DNA of 64,000 nt from Clostridia bacterium (GCA_045601365.1 JAZRZN010000038.1:2407-66406); one strand, 5' to 3'. Positions 1 to 10,468 are shown, counted from the first letter of the stretch. Notes: a model not told the origin generated them from the letters alone. Program-made: numbers and translations.

Positions 1-1
1 C

Positions 2-3000
2 GGCACGGTGAATCGCGACGATTCTCCTGACGGCATAAATGCCGTAAGATTGCAGAACGATACTCCGAATGACGCAAGATTCATGCAGGAGGTCACAGTC
101 GAGCCGAATACATATTACAAGCTTTCCGCAAATGTAAAAACGGGAAGTATTTACGGCGAAACCGATACGGGGGCAAATATATCCTGTATGCAGACGTATT
201 GCGTCAGTGAATTTGTTACGGCTGATACGGATTGGACGCACGTGACAGTTTACGGCAAAACCGATCGAAAGACAAAATCGGTCACCGTTGCGGTGCGTCT
301 CGGTTATTACAGCGCCGAATGCGGCGGATGTGCATATTTTGATAACGTTTCGCTTGAAAAAATATCCAAGCTCCCCGAAGGCGTTGAAGCACTTTCGATG
401 GCGAAGTTTGAATTTTCGGCACCCGAACGTGATAAGAAATCTTCCGATATTGCCGATATAGAGATATCGGTGCTTTTGCGTGCCGGCTTCTATTTTTCGG
501 TGCTTGCACTGTTTGCATATTTTGCATTCAATAACAGGGAAAAGTTCTCGTTCAAGCTTGCCTGCATAATTATTGCAATATCCGTGCTTGTGCGGCTCGC
601 CGCATCGGTGATGTATGTAGGCTTCAAGGTGGATATCAACTGCTTCTCTGTATGGGGCAGGCATATGGCGAATGTCGGACCTCTGCATTTCTATTCGGAG
701 GACTATTTCTGTGATTATCCGCCGCTGTACATGCTTGTTGTGGGATTGCTTTCCGCTATATTCTCAGGGATATCACTTTCAAACGGCATCGGGCTTATGA
801 TACTTAAGCTTCCCGCGGTGCTGTGTGACGCGCTTGCCGCATTATTGATTCTTAAGGAAGCGAAAAAGCATACCGATGAGCATACCGCTTCGGTGCTTGC
901 CATCGTTTATGCTGTCCTGCCGACGGCAATACTCAATTCGGCGATATGGGGACAAGTCGATTCGGTGCTTGTGCTGTTCATGCTGCTTACGTTTGCACTG
1001 ATAGACAACGACAAATTCGGCATGAGCGTGATAACGTATTTTGTCGGCTTGCTGTTCAAACCGCAGGCTATACTCTTTGCGCCCGTAATGGCGTTGTCGG
1101 CATTCAGAGAATTTCAGGAGATATTCACCGATAAACAGACTGCAAAAAAGCGTCTGTGCCGCGGCTTCGGGGGGCTGGCGATTTCGCTCGCTCTGTTTGC
1201 GCTCCTTACGCTTTTGATGCGCAACGGTCAGCGCCTGACATGGCTTATAGAAAAATATACCGAAACGTTCGGCTCATACGATTACGCAACGCTCAATTCT
1301 TTCGGATTCATGGGGCTTATCGGAGGGCAGTGGGCTGATACCGCAATAACATCGGTTTTCGGAATAAGCTATTCACTGCTCGGTACATTGCTTCTTGCGT
1401 TTGTCGTTATTGCATCACTGCTTCTGTTCGTGTTTGCTTCAAAAAGGTCGGGCGGCAAAGCGGAAAGAAAATATTTCTGGCTTATATCCGTGCTTCTGCT
1501 GTCGGGTATAGTTACATTCGCCACCCGTACGCACGAGAGGTATATTTTCCCGGTAATAGCCTTGCTTACCGTATGCGCGTTCCGTTTTGAGGACCTGCGT
1601 TATATGTGGCTTGCGCTTGGCTACGGTTTTGTGAATTTTGTGAATACTGCCGCAGTGCTGTATATTTACGAGGATCTCGGTGTTTATATGAGTAAAAATG
1701 ATGCGGTGTTTATCGGCGGCTCACTTGCGGCAACCGTTTTGTTCGTGCTGACGGCTATACTTTCATTCAGTATCGTTTTGCGTAAAAAGGGAAAATCGTT
1801 TGCCGATACCGTCAGCCGGGACGGTAATAATGATGAGAAAGCTTCAGGCAAATCAAAAAATACCGTAAAGCTTGAGCGCCTCCGCGCACGCAGAAGCTTC
1901 AGTCTGCCGAAAGTCACATGGAAGGATATCGTTATCTGTGTGCTTATTACGGCAATATACGCCGGAATTGCGTTTACCAAGCTCGGCGATACCGTTGCAC
2001 CCGAAACACAGTGGCATACGAAGCTTTCGCCGGTCTATGTGACAGCCGATCTCGGAGAAGAAACGCAGATAGACGATATTCTTTTCAGTGCCGTATCTGC
2101 GCACGGAAGCTTTACACTGTCGTATTCATCCGATGGCGAAAGTTACTCCGAATACGGTACATATTCTCCGACAGCAGTATCTTCGTGGCAAAGCTGCGGC
2201 GGCAATGCCTTTTCTGCGCGGTATGTGCGCCTCACATCGCGTTCGGCAATAACGCTTAATGAGCTTGCGTTCATGAAAAACGGAGAGCGCATCCTGCCTG
2301 AAAACGTAAAAACATCCGTTACGCCAATGGATTCGTCGTGTGCTGACGGCAAATATCTTTTCGATTACACGGGAGATGTTTCGGCTGACGGCAACAGCGG
2401 CGTTCCGATCACCGAATGGACATCGGGCGGACGTTTTATATTGCATTTCCCGTCACCGATCTCCATATATGAGATACAAAGTTATATAACCTACGCAGAG
2501 CCGGAAGCATCGGTTGACATCAGCATAATGTCAGACGGCGAATGGATACTTGCCGCACAGCTTATGTCTTACGGCAGTATGCCGGATTGGTGCGGGATGA
2601 GCTACTGCGTGACGGCTGACGAGCTGAACGGAATAAGCGAAATAATGCTCGACGGCGGCGACGGTGCGATACATTTGGGCGAGATAGCCATATTGAATGA
2701 AAACGGACTCGTTGAAGGCATTACATATGATGCACTTGACGGCGCAGATATCATGCAGATCGCAAGTTGCTTTGATGAACAGGAAAAGTTTACAAGCGCA
2801 TCCGAGCTTGCCGAACGTTTTACGGATTCGGAAGTATGGCGCGTGACATCATGCTCAGACTACGTTATTGCCGATTTCGGCGAAACAAAGCATATCGACC
2901 GCGGAACATACTATGCAAGCGTGTGCGCCGGAAAATTCTCGGTGTACTATTCGTATGACGGAATAAACTGGTCGGAAAAAGAGGAGCATACCGAAAATGC

Positions 3001-4615
3001 GGGTGATTTGTACTATTGGCGCGGCCTGCCGTCGAATGAGGGAAGATACGACGATTTGAATGCCCGCTATGTTGCGATCTGCGGCGAAACTCAGAACCTT
3101 CGTTTTATAGAATTTGCTTTCTTTGAAAGTGCCGATTCCGTTTCGCCGATACCGATAGTAAATATCACGGCATCGTCGGATAGCGAAAACGGCGGAAGAA
3201 ATATTTTCGACGAGCAGGAGCTTGTTCCGACGCGCGCTTCGTACATGAACAGCATGTATTTTGACGAAATATATCATGCGCGTACCGCATACGAAAGCGT
3301 GAACGGCTTGAGTATATATGAATGGACACATCCGCCGCTGGGCAAGGATATGATATCGTGGTGTGTTTCGTTGATGGGCATGAATCCGTTTGCATGGCGC
3401 TTTGCGGGAACGCTTGCGGGTGTGCTGATGCTCCCGGCAATGTATTTTATAGGACTTCTGATGTTCCGCAAAACATCGTGGGCAACGTGCCTTACGGCGT
3501 TGATGGCGCTTGACGGCATGCACTTTGTGCAGACGCGCATCGCCACGATAGATTCATTCTCGGTAATGTTCATAATATACATGTTCCTGTTCATGTATTG
3601 GTATTACAGCATCAGCTTCTACGACAAAAAGCTGTCAAGGACATTCATTCCGCTCGGACTGTGCGGACTGTGCTTCGGGCTCGGCGCGGCAAGTAAATGG
3701 ATATGTCTCTATGCGGGCGCAGGGCTTGCGGTACTCTTCTTTATTACAATGTACCGCCGCTTTGATGAATACCGTACCGCTAAAAGCATGCTCGACTCGT
3801 CAAGCGGTGAGGAAAAAGAATATCTTACGCATATCTGCGATTCATTCGTGCCGAATCTTTGCAAAACGATACTGTTCTGCATACTTGTGTTTGTGATAAT
3901 CCCGGTCATCATATACTGCGCATCGTATTACCCGTACTTCCACGCCGAGGGCGAAACACGCGCATGGTATAAGATAATCCTTGACAATCAGACCGCTATG
4001 TTCAATTATCATTCTAAGCTTGATGCAACGCATCCGTTCCAATCCGATTGGTACAGTTGGCCCGTTATCTACCGTCCGATGTTCTTCTATTCGGGCAAGA
4101 ATCTCCCCAAGGGCAGAATGGAATGCATTTCATCGTTCGGAAATCCTGCCGTGTGGTACGCCGGTCTTGCATGTACGCTTATCGGCATAGTGATATTCGT
4201 GATGCGCTTCTTAGGGACAAAGCTTCCTGCGGACACACGCAAATCGGGTTTTGCTTCACTGTTCGCGCCGGGCGATGAAACATTGAAGGACAGAGATGAG
4301 CGCGATACAAGATTGCTTGTTTTCCTGCTTATCGGCGTTGCATGCAACCTGTTGCCGTGGGTAGGTGTAAGCAGATGTATATTTATCTATCACTATTTTG
4401 CCACAGTGCCGTTTATTATCATGTTTACGGTATACGTTGTCCGCTACCTCTGCCGTAAGTACAGAAAAAGCGGGATCGCGGTGCTTGCGGTGCTTCTTAT
4501 AGCGGCACTTGTACTGTTCATAATGTTCAAGCCCGTTTGGAGCGGTACGGAAGTATCAAAGGAATACGTCAACACTTATCTGCGCTGGTTTGACAGTTGG
4601 GTATTCGGAAGCTGA
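2..4615 (+). CDS. Giant membrane glycosyltransferase with a CBM-like module, a GT-C polytopic module, discoidin-like repeats and a GT39/PMT-type module. Either 5'-partial or started at GTG 8.
   Basis: ORF 8..4615, with the frame open to the window edge. 'CAYFDNVSLEKI' looks like the end of a CBM4/9-type beta-sandwich. A TM-rich block contains 'DYPPLYMLVV'. 'ARYVRLTS..LNELAF' and 'ARYVAICG..IEFAFF' are F5/8C-like strands. 'YFDEIYHARTAYE..WTHPPLGK' and 'HPFQSDWYSWP' match GT39/PMT and PMT_4TMC signatures. Confidence 0.85.
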   Translation, partial: GTVNRDDSPDGINAVRLQNDTPNDARFMQEVTVEPNTYYKLSANVKTGSIYGETDTGANISCMQTYCVSEFVTADTDWTHVTVYGKTDRKTKSVTVAVRLGYYSAECGGCAYFDNVSLEKISKLPEGVEALSMAKFEFSAPERDKKSSDIADIEISVLLRAGFYFSVLALFAYFAFNNREKFSFKLACIIIAISVLVRLAASVMYVGFKVDINCFSVWGRHMANVGPLHFYSEDYFCDYPPLYMLVVGLLSAIFSGISLSNGIGLMILKLPAVLCDALAALLILKEAKKHTDEHTASVLAIVYAVLPTAILNSAIWGQVDSVLVLFMLLTFALIDNDKFGMSVITYFVGLLFKPQAILFAPVMALSAFREFQEIFTDKQTAKKRLCRGFGGLAISLALFALLTLLMRNGQRLTWLIEKYTETFGSYDYATLNSFGFMGLIGGQWADTAITSVFGISYSLLGTLLLAFVVIASLLLFVFASKRSGGKAERKYFWLISVLLLSGIVTFATRTHERYIFPVIALLTVCAFRFEDLRYMWLALGYGFVNFVNTAAVLYIYEDLGVYMSKNDAVFIGGSLAATVLFVLTAILSFSIVLRKKGKSFADTVSRDGNNDEKASGKSKNTVKLERLRARRSFSLPKVTWKDIVICVLITAIYAGIAFTKLGDTVAPETQWHTKLSPVYVTADLGEETQIDDILFSAVSAHGSFTLSYSSDGESYSEYGTYSPTAVSSWQSCGGNAFSARYVRLTSRSAITLNELAFMKNGERILPENVKTSVTPMDSSCADGKYLFDYTGDVSADGNSGVPITEWTSGGRFILHFPSPISIYEIQSYITYAEPEASVDISIMSDGEWILAAQLMSYGSMPDWCGMSYCVTADELNGISEIMLDGGDGAIHLGEIAILNENGLVEGITYDALDGADIMQIASCFDEQEKFTSASELAERFTDSEVWRVTSCSDYVIADFGETKHIDRGTYYASVCAGKFSVYYSYDGINWSEKEEHTENAGDLYYWRGLPSNEGRYDDLNARYVAICGETQNLRFIEFAFFESADSVSPIPIVNITASSDSENGGRNIFDEQELVPTRASYMNSMYFDEIYHARTAYESVNGLSIYEWTHPPLGKDMISWCVSLMGMNPFAWRFAGTLAGVLMLPAMYFIGLLMFRKTSWATCLTALMALDGMHFVQTRIATIDSFSVMFIIYMFLFMYWYYSISFYDKKLSRTFIPLGLCGLCFGLGAASKWICLYAGAGLAVLFFITMYRRFDEYRTAKSMLDSSSGEEKEYLTHICDSFVPNLCKTILFCILVFVIIPVIIYCASYYPYFHAEGETRAWYKIILDNQTAMFNYHSKLDATHPFQSDWYSWPVIYRPMFFYSGKNLPKGRMECISSFGNPAVWYAGLACTLIGIVIFVMRFLGTKLPADTRKSGFASLFAPGDETLKDRDERDTRLLVFLLIGVACNLLPWVGVSRCIFIYHYFATVPFIIMFTVYVVRYLCRKYRKSGIAVLAVLLIAALVLFIMFKPVWSGTEVSKEYVNTYLRWFDSWVFGS

Positions 4616-4626
4616 GGAGGAAATAT

Positions 4627-7113
4627 ATGAAAACTCTGTTGATAGACGGAAACAGCCTTATAAACCGCGCATTCTATGCTCTGCCGGTGCTTTCGACGAC
4701 CGACGGCGTATATACCAACGCGGTGTACGGCTTTTTGAAAATGTTCTATAAGGCGGTCGATGAATACGCGCCCGACAATATCGTGTGCGCGTTCGATCTG
4801 AAGTCGCCGACGTTCCGGCACAAACGTTATCCCGAATACAAGGCGGGACGCAAAAAAATGCCGGAGGAGCTTGTTCCGCAGATACCGCTTTTGCGTGAAA
4901 TACTGACATCGCTCGGCGTGAAGTGCGTAAGCATAGAGGGCTTCGAAGCGGACGACATTATCGGCACATACGCGTTGCTTTCGGACGATGCCGGAGGAGA
5001 AACGGCGATAATCACGGGCGACCGCGATTCGTTCCAGCTTATAAGCGGGCATACGAGCGTATGGTATACCAAAAAAGGCATTTCGGATATACTTAAGCTT
5101 TCGCCGGATAACATAAAGGAAAATTACGGTGTTACCGAAAAACAGGTGTGCGACCTCAAGGGACTGATGGGCGACAGCTCGGATAATATCCCGGGCATAG
5201 CGGGTGTAGGAGAAAAGACAGCACTGACATTGCTTGAAAAATACGGCACTCTTGAAAGCGTGCTTGAGCATGCCGACGAAGTAAAGGGCAAGCTCGGCGA
5301 AAAGCTCCGCGACGGACGCGAGGCGGCGACCGAAAGCAAGTTTTTGGCGACCATAGTGCGCGATGTTCCGGTAGAACCGCTTTCGGAATGTGCGTATAAG
5401 CCTGTTTCTGACGAGGTAGCCGCTGAGATATTTGCAAAATATCAATTCAAGTCATTGCTTGAACGTGTCGGCGCACAAAAAACCGTTTTCGAAGCCGAAA
5501 CACTTGATTTTTGCGATCTGTCGTTTGTAAAAAATTCTGTAGCGGTGTATATTACGGATCAGGCAATATTCATAGCGTCCGACGAAAAGAAACAGTACCG
5601 CATTTCACTTACCGTCGATCTGCTCACGATGGGCATGACGCTCGATAATGCAGTAGAAATACTTCGTCCCGTTATGGAAAACGAAAATGTCAAAAAATAT
5701 TTTTACGATTGCAAATCGGCGATGAAGCTGTGGGATATCAAAAATATCTGCGGCGATATAATGCTTGCCGAATATCTGCTTGATGCGGGAGGCGACGATT
5801 TTTCGTTCGCGCATATCGCGGAACGCTATTCGGTCGCCGAGGGCGCGTCGGCTGTGCTTTCAATACACGCACAGCAGGAAAAATCGCTTGAAGCGCAGGG
5901 GATGACTTCTCTTTATTTTGATATGGAGCTTCCGCTTGCCGCTGTGCTTGATTCTATGGAAAAAACGGGCTTTTGTGTCGATGTACCCACGCTTCGTCTG
6001 CTCGGCAGTGAGCTTTCGGAAAAGCTTTCCGCGCTTACGGGTGAGATATACGCGCTTGCGGATAAGGAATTCAACATCAATTCGCCTCAGCAGCTCGGCA
6101 ATGTGCTGTTTGAAGACCTCGGTCTGCCCGCAAAAAAGAAAAATAAACGAGGCTATTCCACCGATAACGATGTGCTTGAACAGCTTGAGCATCCGATAAT
6201 ACCGCTTATAATGGAATACCGTCAGCTCCAGAAGCTCAAAAGCACATATATCGACGCCATGTTCGGGCTTATTTCTTCCGACGGGCGCATACATTCCACT
6301 TTCAATCAAGCAGTTACGGCGACGGGCAGGATATCAAGCACAGAACCGAATTTGCAGAATATACCTGTCAGATATGAGGCAGGCAGAGCCATCCGCAAGG
6401 CATTCGTTGCCGAAAAAGGGTGTGTGCTTGTGAATGCCGATTATTCGCAGATAGAGCTTCGCATACTTGCACATCTTTCGGGCGATGAAACGCTGATAGA
6501 TTCGTTCAGAAATAACGAGGACATCCACGCGCGTACTGCCGCAGAGGTTCTCGGAATTGATATTTCAGAGGTCACAAAGGAACAGCGCGGCAAAGCGAAA
6601 GCTGTCAATTTCGGAATAATTTACGGCATCAGCGATTTCGGCTTGGCTAAAAGCATCAATTCTTCGCGCAAGGAAGCGAAGGAATTTATTGAAAAGTATT
6701 TTGAACGCTACCCAAGCGTAAAACGCTATCTTGATGAGTGCGTAAGCGAAGCGAAGCGTTCGGGATGCGCAAAAACGGTGTTTTCCCGCAAACGTTCGAT
6801 ACCTCAGCTTAAAGCGGAGAATTTCAGTGTCCGCGCGTTCGGTGAGCGTGTGGCGATGAATACGCCGATACAGGGAAGTGCGGCGGATATAATCAAGCTT
6901 GCCATGCTCAAGGTGTATGACGAGCTTCAAAAAGAGCCGCGGCTCGGCAGGCTGATATTGCAGGTACATGACGAGCTTATTATCGAAACTGATGAAAACA
7001 ACGCGCACGATACCGAAAAGATGCTTAAAAGCGTAATGGAAAGCGTTGCCGAGCTTTCGGTTCCGCTTGTTGCGGAAACTAATGTGGGAAGGACTTGGTT
7101 TGACTTAAAATGA
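4627..7113 (+). CDS. polA: DNA polymerase I
   Basis: ATG 4627 follows GAGGAGG, so the track's upstream extension from 4597 is unlikely. 5'-nuclease N-terminus 'LLIDGNSLINRAFYA'. Pol A motifs 'DYSQIELRILAH' and 'LQVHDELI'. Confidence 0.97.
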   Translation: MKTLLIDGNSLINRAFYALPVLSTTDGVYTNAVYGFLKMFYKAVDEYAPDNIVCAFDLKSPTFRHKRYPEYKAGRKKMPEELVPQIPLLREILTSLGVKCVSIEGFEADDIIGTYALLSDDAGGETAIITGDRDSFQLISGHTSVWYTKKGISDILKLSPDNIKENYGVTEKQVCDLKGLMGDSSDNIPGIAGVGEKTALTLLEKYGTLESVLEHADEVKGKLGEKLRDGREAATESKFLATIVRDVPVEPLSECAYKPVSDEVAAEIFAKYQFKSLLERVGAQKTVFEAETLDFCDLSFVKNSVAVYITDQAIFIASDEKKQYRISLTVDLLTMGMTLDNAVEILRPVMENENVKKYFYDCKSAMKLWDIKNICGDIMLAEYLLDAGGDDFSFAHIAERYSVAEGASAVLSIHAQQEKSLEAQGMTSLYFDMELPLAAVLDSMEKTGFCVDVPTLRLLGSELSEKLSALTGEIYALADKEFNINSPQQLGNVLFEDLGLPAKKKNKRGYSTDNDVLEQLEHPIIPLIMEYRQLQKLKSTYIDAMFGLISSDGRIHSTFNQAVTATGRISSTEPNLQNIPVRYEAGRAIRKAFVAEKGCVLVNADYSQIELRILAHLSGDETLIDSFRNNEDIHARTAAEVLGIDISEVTKEQRGKAKAVNFGIIYGISDFGLAKSINSSRKEAKEFIEKYFERYPSVKRYLDECVSEAKRSGCAKTVFSRKRSIPQLKAENFSVRAFGERVAMNTPIQGSAADIIKLAMLKVYDELQKEPRLGRLILQVHDELIIETDENNAHDTEKMLKSVMESVAELSVPLVAETNVGRTWFDLK

Positions 7114-7691
7114 TACTCGGTCTTACCGGCGGGATAGCATCGGGGAAAAGCACGGTATCGCGGTATTTTGCTTCAAAGGGTATAAGCATCGTGGATGCCG
7201 ATGCCATTTCGCGTGATATAACGAAAAAAGGGCAAAAGGGCGCGGAAGCGATACGGGAAGTTTTTGGCGAAGAGTTTTTTGTTTGCGGTGAACTTGACAG
7301 AAAAAAGCTTGCATCATTCTGCTTCGGAAGCCCCGAAAACACTGAAAAGCTCAACGCCTTGCTCCATCCGATCATAATAGATGAAATCGAAACGCAGTTG
7401 AAGCTTCACGCGAAAGAAAAGCTGACAGTGCTTGATGCGCCGTTGCTCATAGAATCGGGACTTCATAAAAGATGCGATAAGGTGCTTACGGTCATCTGCG
7501 ACCGCGAAACACGCATCCGAAGAGCCGTACTGCGTTCACCGATAAGCGAAAACGAGGTACGCGACCGTATAGACAGACAGATATCCGACAGCGAACGTAT
7601 CAAATATTCCGATTTCATTATCGACAACGGCGGTACGGTGGAAAATACACTTGCACAGGCTGATAAAATACTTAAGGAGCTGAATATATGA
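7110..7691 (+). CDS. coaE: Dephospho-CoA kinase
   Basis: 'ILGLTGGIASGKST' P-loop at the N-terminus and typical length. ATGA start/stop overlap with polA. Confidence 0.93.
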   Translation: MILGLTGGIASGKSTVSRYFASKGISIVDADAISRDITKKGQKGAEAIREVFGEEFFVCGELDRKKLASFCFGSPENTEKLNALLHPIIIDEIETQLKLHAKEKLTVLDAPLLIESGLHKRCDKVLTVICDRETRIRRAVLRSPISENEVRDRIDRQISDSERIKYSDFIIDNGGTVENTLAQADKILKELNI

Positions 7692-8254
7692 AAAGGGCAA
7701 GCTATCTTCAGCGCAATACACTCAAAATAATAATTACGGTCATTATCCTGCTTGCGTTGCTTTATATAGCGTTCGTATGGAGCAATACGTATATCAAAGG
7801 CAAGCTTCCGACAAAATATGACGAATTTGTGGAAAAGTACGCAGATGAATACGGCGTAGATAAATATCTTGTATATGCCGTGATAAGCGTTGAAAGCGAT
7901 TTTGACAAGGATGCCGTGTCGAGTGTAGGCGCATGCGGCTTGATGCAGATAATGCCGGAAACAGCTGAATGGATGAATGAAAAGTATTCTCTCGGTATGG
8001 AAAATATCGACCTGTTTTCGCCGGAGACTAACATCCGCATCGGTTGCCGCTATCTTTCATATCTTACGGAACGCTTCGGGAACACTGAGCTTGCCGTTAC
8101 CGCGTACAACGGCGGTGAGGGAAACGTAAGCGAATGGCTCAAAAAGTATTCTTTTGACGGCAAGACACTCTTGAATGTCCCGTATAAGGAAACGGCAAAT
8201 TATATCAAAAAGGTGAATGCACGTTATGAAATATATTCAAAGCTTTATTCGTAA
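7688..8254 (+). CDS. Membrane-anchored lytic transglycosylase (SLT domain)
   Basis: N-terminal TM segment. SLT catalytic block 'ISVESDFDKDAVSSVGACGLMQIMPETAEW'. ATGA overlap with coaE. Confidence 0.88.
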   Translation: MKRASYLQRNTLKIIITVIILLALLYIAFVWSNTYIKGKLPTKYDEFVEKYADEYGVDKYLVYAVISVESDFDKDAVSSVGACGLMQIMPETAEWMNEKYSLGMENIDLFSPETNIRIGCRYLSYLTERFGNTELAVTAYNGGEGNVSEWLKKYSFDGKTLLNVPYKETANYIKKVNARYEIYSKLYS

Positions 8255-9854
8255 TGCGGTGCGCATAACGGCACTGATGCTTGCGGTGGTTCTGCTTTGC
8301 TCCTGTGCGTCTGATGAAGGAGGCATTATTTCTCCGCCATCGACATCGGACAGTACGGAGAATACCGAGGAAGCAACGGCAGGCGGTACACTGCGTATAC
8401 CGATGACGCTTTCACCGTATTCAATGCATCCGCTCTACATAAAAGAATTACAGATGCGTAATGTATATTCTATGATATTTGAGCCGCTGATAGAATTTGA
8501 CGAGCGTATGGAACCGTGCGCGTGCATTGCCGAAAGCTGGAAGTACGATAACGGATCATGGGTACTCAAGCTTCGCCCGAATATCCATTGGCACGGCTCG
8601 CTCGGTGATATCAGCGCAGCGGATGCGGCATATACGATAAATACGATACTGTCCGATCCCGAAAGCATCTATTATTCGAATCTTTCGGCATATGTCGCGG
8701 GAGCGGAGGGCTATGATACAACGCTTATTATCCATCCGCATACTCCGTCATATGCCACGCTGTACGCACTCAATATTCCGGTTATTCCCGAAAAATACTA
8801 TTCGGGGAAAGCAAAGACGTGCCGTGATATCCCGCTCGGAAGCGGTTGCTTTGCGGCGGATTCGCTCACCTTTGACGGAGAAACACGCATGGAGCTTTCG
8901 GCATTTTCAAAATGGTGGAAAAAGCTCCCTTATATCGAAAGAGTAATCACAACGGGCTACGACAGCACCGAACGCATGCTTGAGGATTTTATTTCGGGCA
9001 AGCTCGATTGCGCACCGACACCGCTCAAAACTACGGAAGTTTATGAGATAATCGACGGTGTTAACGAGAAGAACTATCTTTCGCATAATTATGTATTTCT
9101 TGCGTTCAATATGGCACGCCCGATAATGCAAAACGCAGATTTCAGGCACGCGATAGCATATGCAGTCGATCGCACAAAGATAATTAACAATATATATCTT
9201 TCGAAGGCATCGGGAGCTGAACAGCCGCTGTTCAACGATTCGTCGCTTTCAAGTGCGGAGGTAACACGGTATGACCATAATACCACGCGCGCAAAGGAGC
9301 TGATCGACGGTCTGTATTATACCGACGATGATCTCGACGGCTTCGTTGAGGCACATGGCAACAAAATAACACTTACGCTTGCCGTGCGTAATGTTCCCGA
9401 GAATCCCGTGCGATTGGAAGCGGCAGAAGCAGTAAAGGCAGATCTTGCGGAGGTGGGCATTGATGTGCAGATACTTCCGCTTTCGGAAGCTGATCTCCGG
9501 AATACAGTGTCATCAGGCAATTATGATATGATACTGAGCGGATATTATCTTTCCGATACGCCGAACCTTAAATTTGCGTTTTTCGGTAACGGAAACCTTT
9601 CGTCGTATTCGTCAATGGCTATAAACAATGCTTTTGACGGTATTGACGCAGCATCGACGCTTGACGGGCTTAAGTCTGCCACCCTTGATATGCAAAGAGT
9701 GCTTGCCGCCGATCTGCCTCAGATAGGATTGTTTTTTGAGATGGATACGTTTCTGTATAATGAGAAGCTCCATATCAGCAGGATACAACGTGAATCAAGC
9801 GTATATTCTACGGTAGGCTCGTGGTGGATAGAAAAACAGAATACGCAACGATGA
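8226..9854 (+). CDS. Family-5 (peptide/nickel type) ABC substrate-binding lipoprotein, orphan
   Basis: ATG 8226 lies 9 nt after AAAGGTGA. Lipobox 'VVLLCSC'. Size and sequence are OppA/DppA-like. No permease or ATPase genes are adjacent. Confidence 0.82.
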   Translation: MKYIQSFIRNAVRITALMLAVVLLCSCASDEGGIISPPSTSDSTENTEEATAGGTLRIPMTLSPYSMHPLYIKELQMRNVYSMIFEPLIEFDERMEPCACIAESWKYDNGSWVLKLRPNIHWHGSLGDISAADAAYTINTILSDPESIYYSNLSAYVAGAEGYDTTLIIHPHTPSYATLYALNIPVIPEKYYSGKAKTCRDIPLGSGCFAADSLTFDGETRMELSAFSKWWKKLPYIERVITTGYDSTERMLEDFISGKLDCAPTPLKTTEVYEIIDGVNEKNYLSHNYVFLAFNMARPIMQNADFRHAIAYAVDRTKIINNIYLSKASGAEQPLFNDSSLSSAEVTRYDHNTTRAKELIDGLYYTDDDLDGFVEAHGNKITLTLAVRNVPENPVRLEAAEAVKADLAEVGIDVQILPLSEADLRNTVSSGNYDMILSGYYLSDTPNLKFAFFGNGNLSSYSSMAINNAFDGIDAASTLDGLKSATLDMQRVLAADLPQIGLFFEMDTFLYNEKLHISRIQRESSVYSTVGSWWIEKQNTQR

Positions 9855-9866
9855 GGAGATAAAATC

Positions 9867-10346
9867 ATGAATGAAAAGCTGACTTTCAGAAATGCCGAAA
9901 AAAAGGACGCGGCTCTTATTTTGCATTTTATAAAAAAACTTGCGCAATACGAGAAAATGTCGGATGAAGTGGTTGCCGATGAGGATACGCTCAGGAATTG
10001 GATATTTGATAAGCAAAAAGCGGAAGTGATATTTGCTTTGCATAACGGAAAGGAAATAGGCTTTGCGCTGTTCTTTCATAATTTTTCGACGTTTCTCGGA
10101 CGTGCGGGAATTTATCTGGAGGATTTATATGTGGAGCCTGAATACCGCGGCAAAGGCTACGGAAAAGCACTCCTCCGAAAGCTTGCACAAATAGCCGTTG
10201 AACGCGGTTGCGGACGGCTTGAATGGTGGTGCCTTGATTGGAACAAACCGAGCATTGATTTCTACCTTTCCTTAGGCGCACAGCCGATGTCCGATTGGAC
10301 TACCTACAGAATTACCGGCGATACACTTAAAAAGCTTGCGGAGTGA
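9867..10346 (+). CDS. GNAT family N-acetyltransferase
   Basis: GAGGAG RBS. Acetyl-CoA binding block 'YRGKGYGKALLRKLAQIA'. About 160 aa. Confidence 0.85.
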   Translation: MNEKLTFRNAEKKDAALILHFIKKLAQYEKMSDEVVADEDTLRNWIFDKQKAEVIFALHNGKEIGFALFFHNFSTFLGRAGIYLEDLYVEPEYRGKGYGKALLRKLAQIAVERGCGRLEWWCLDWNKPSIDFYLSLGAQPMSDWTTYRITGDTLKKLAE

Positions 10347-10468
10347 TGCTGTATCGCTTTGAAAAAAACTATTTGTTTGACACGGCAGACGGATAATGAT
10401 GCTTTTGATATATTCGGTAATGTCAAGCATGCGATACGCTGAAAAAATGTGATTTGCGGAGATATGGC

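Noticed and set aside
2855-5445. Long antisense ORFs inside the giant GT gene and polA (2855..3523, 222 aa; 4576..5445, 289 aa).
   Set aside because: They are shadow ORFs of strongly supported sense genes. They are Arg/His/Cys-rich with no translation signals.
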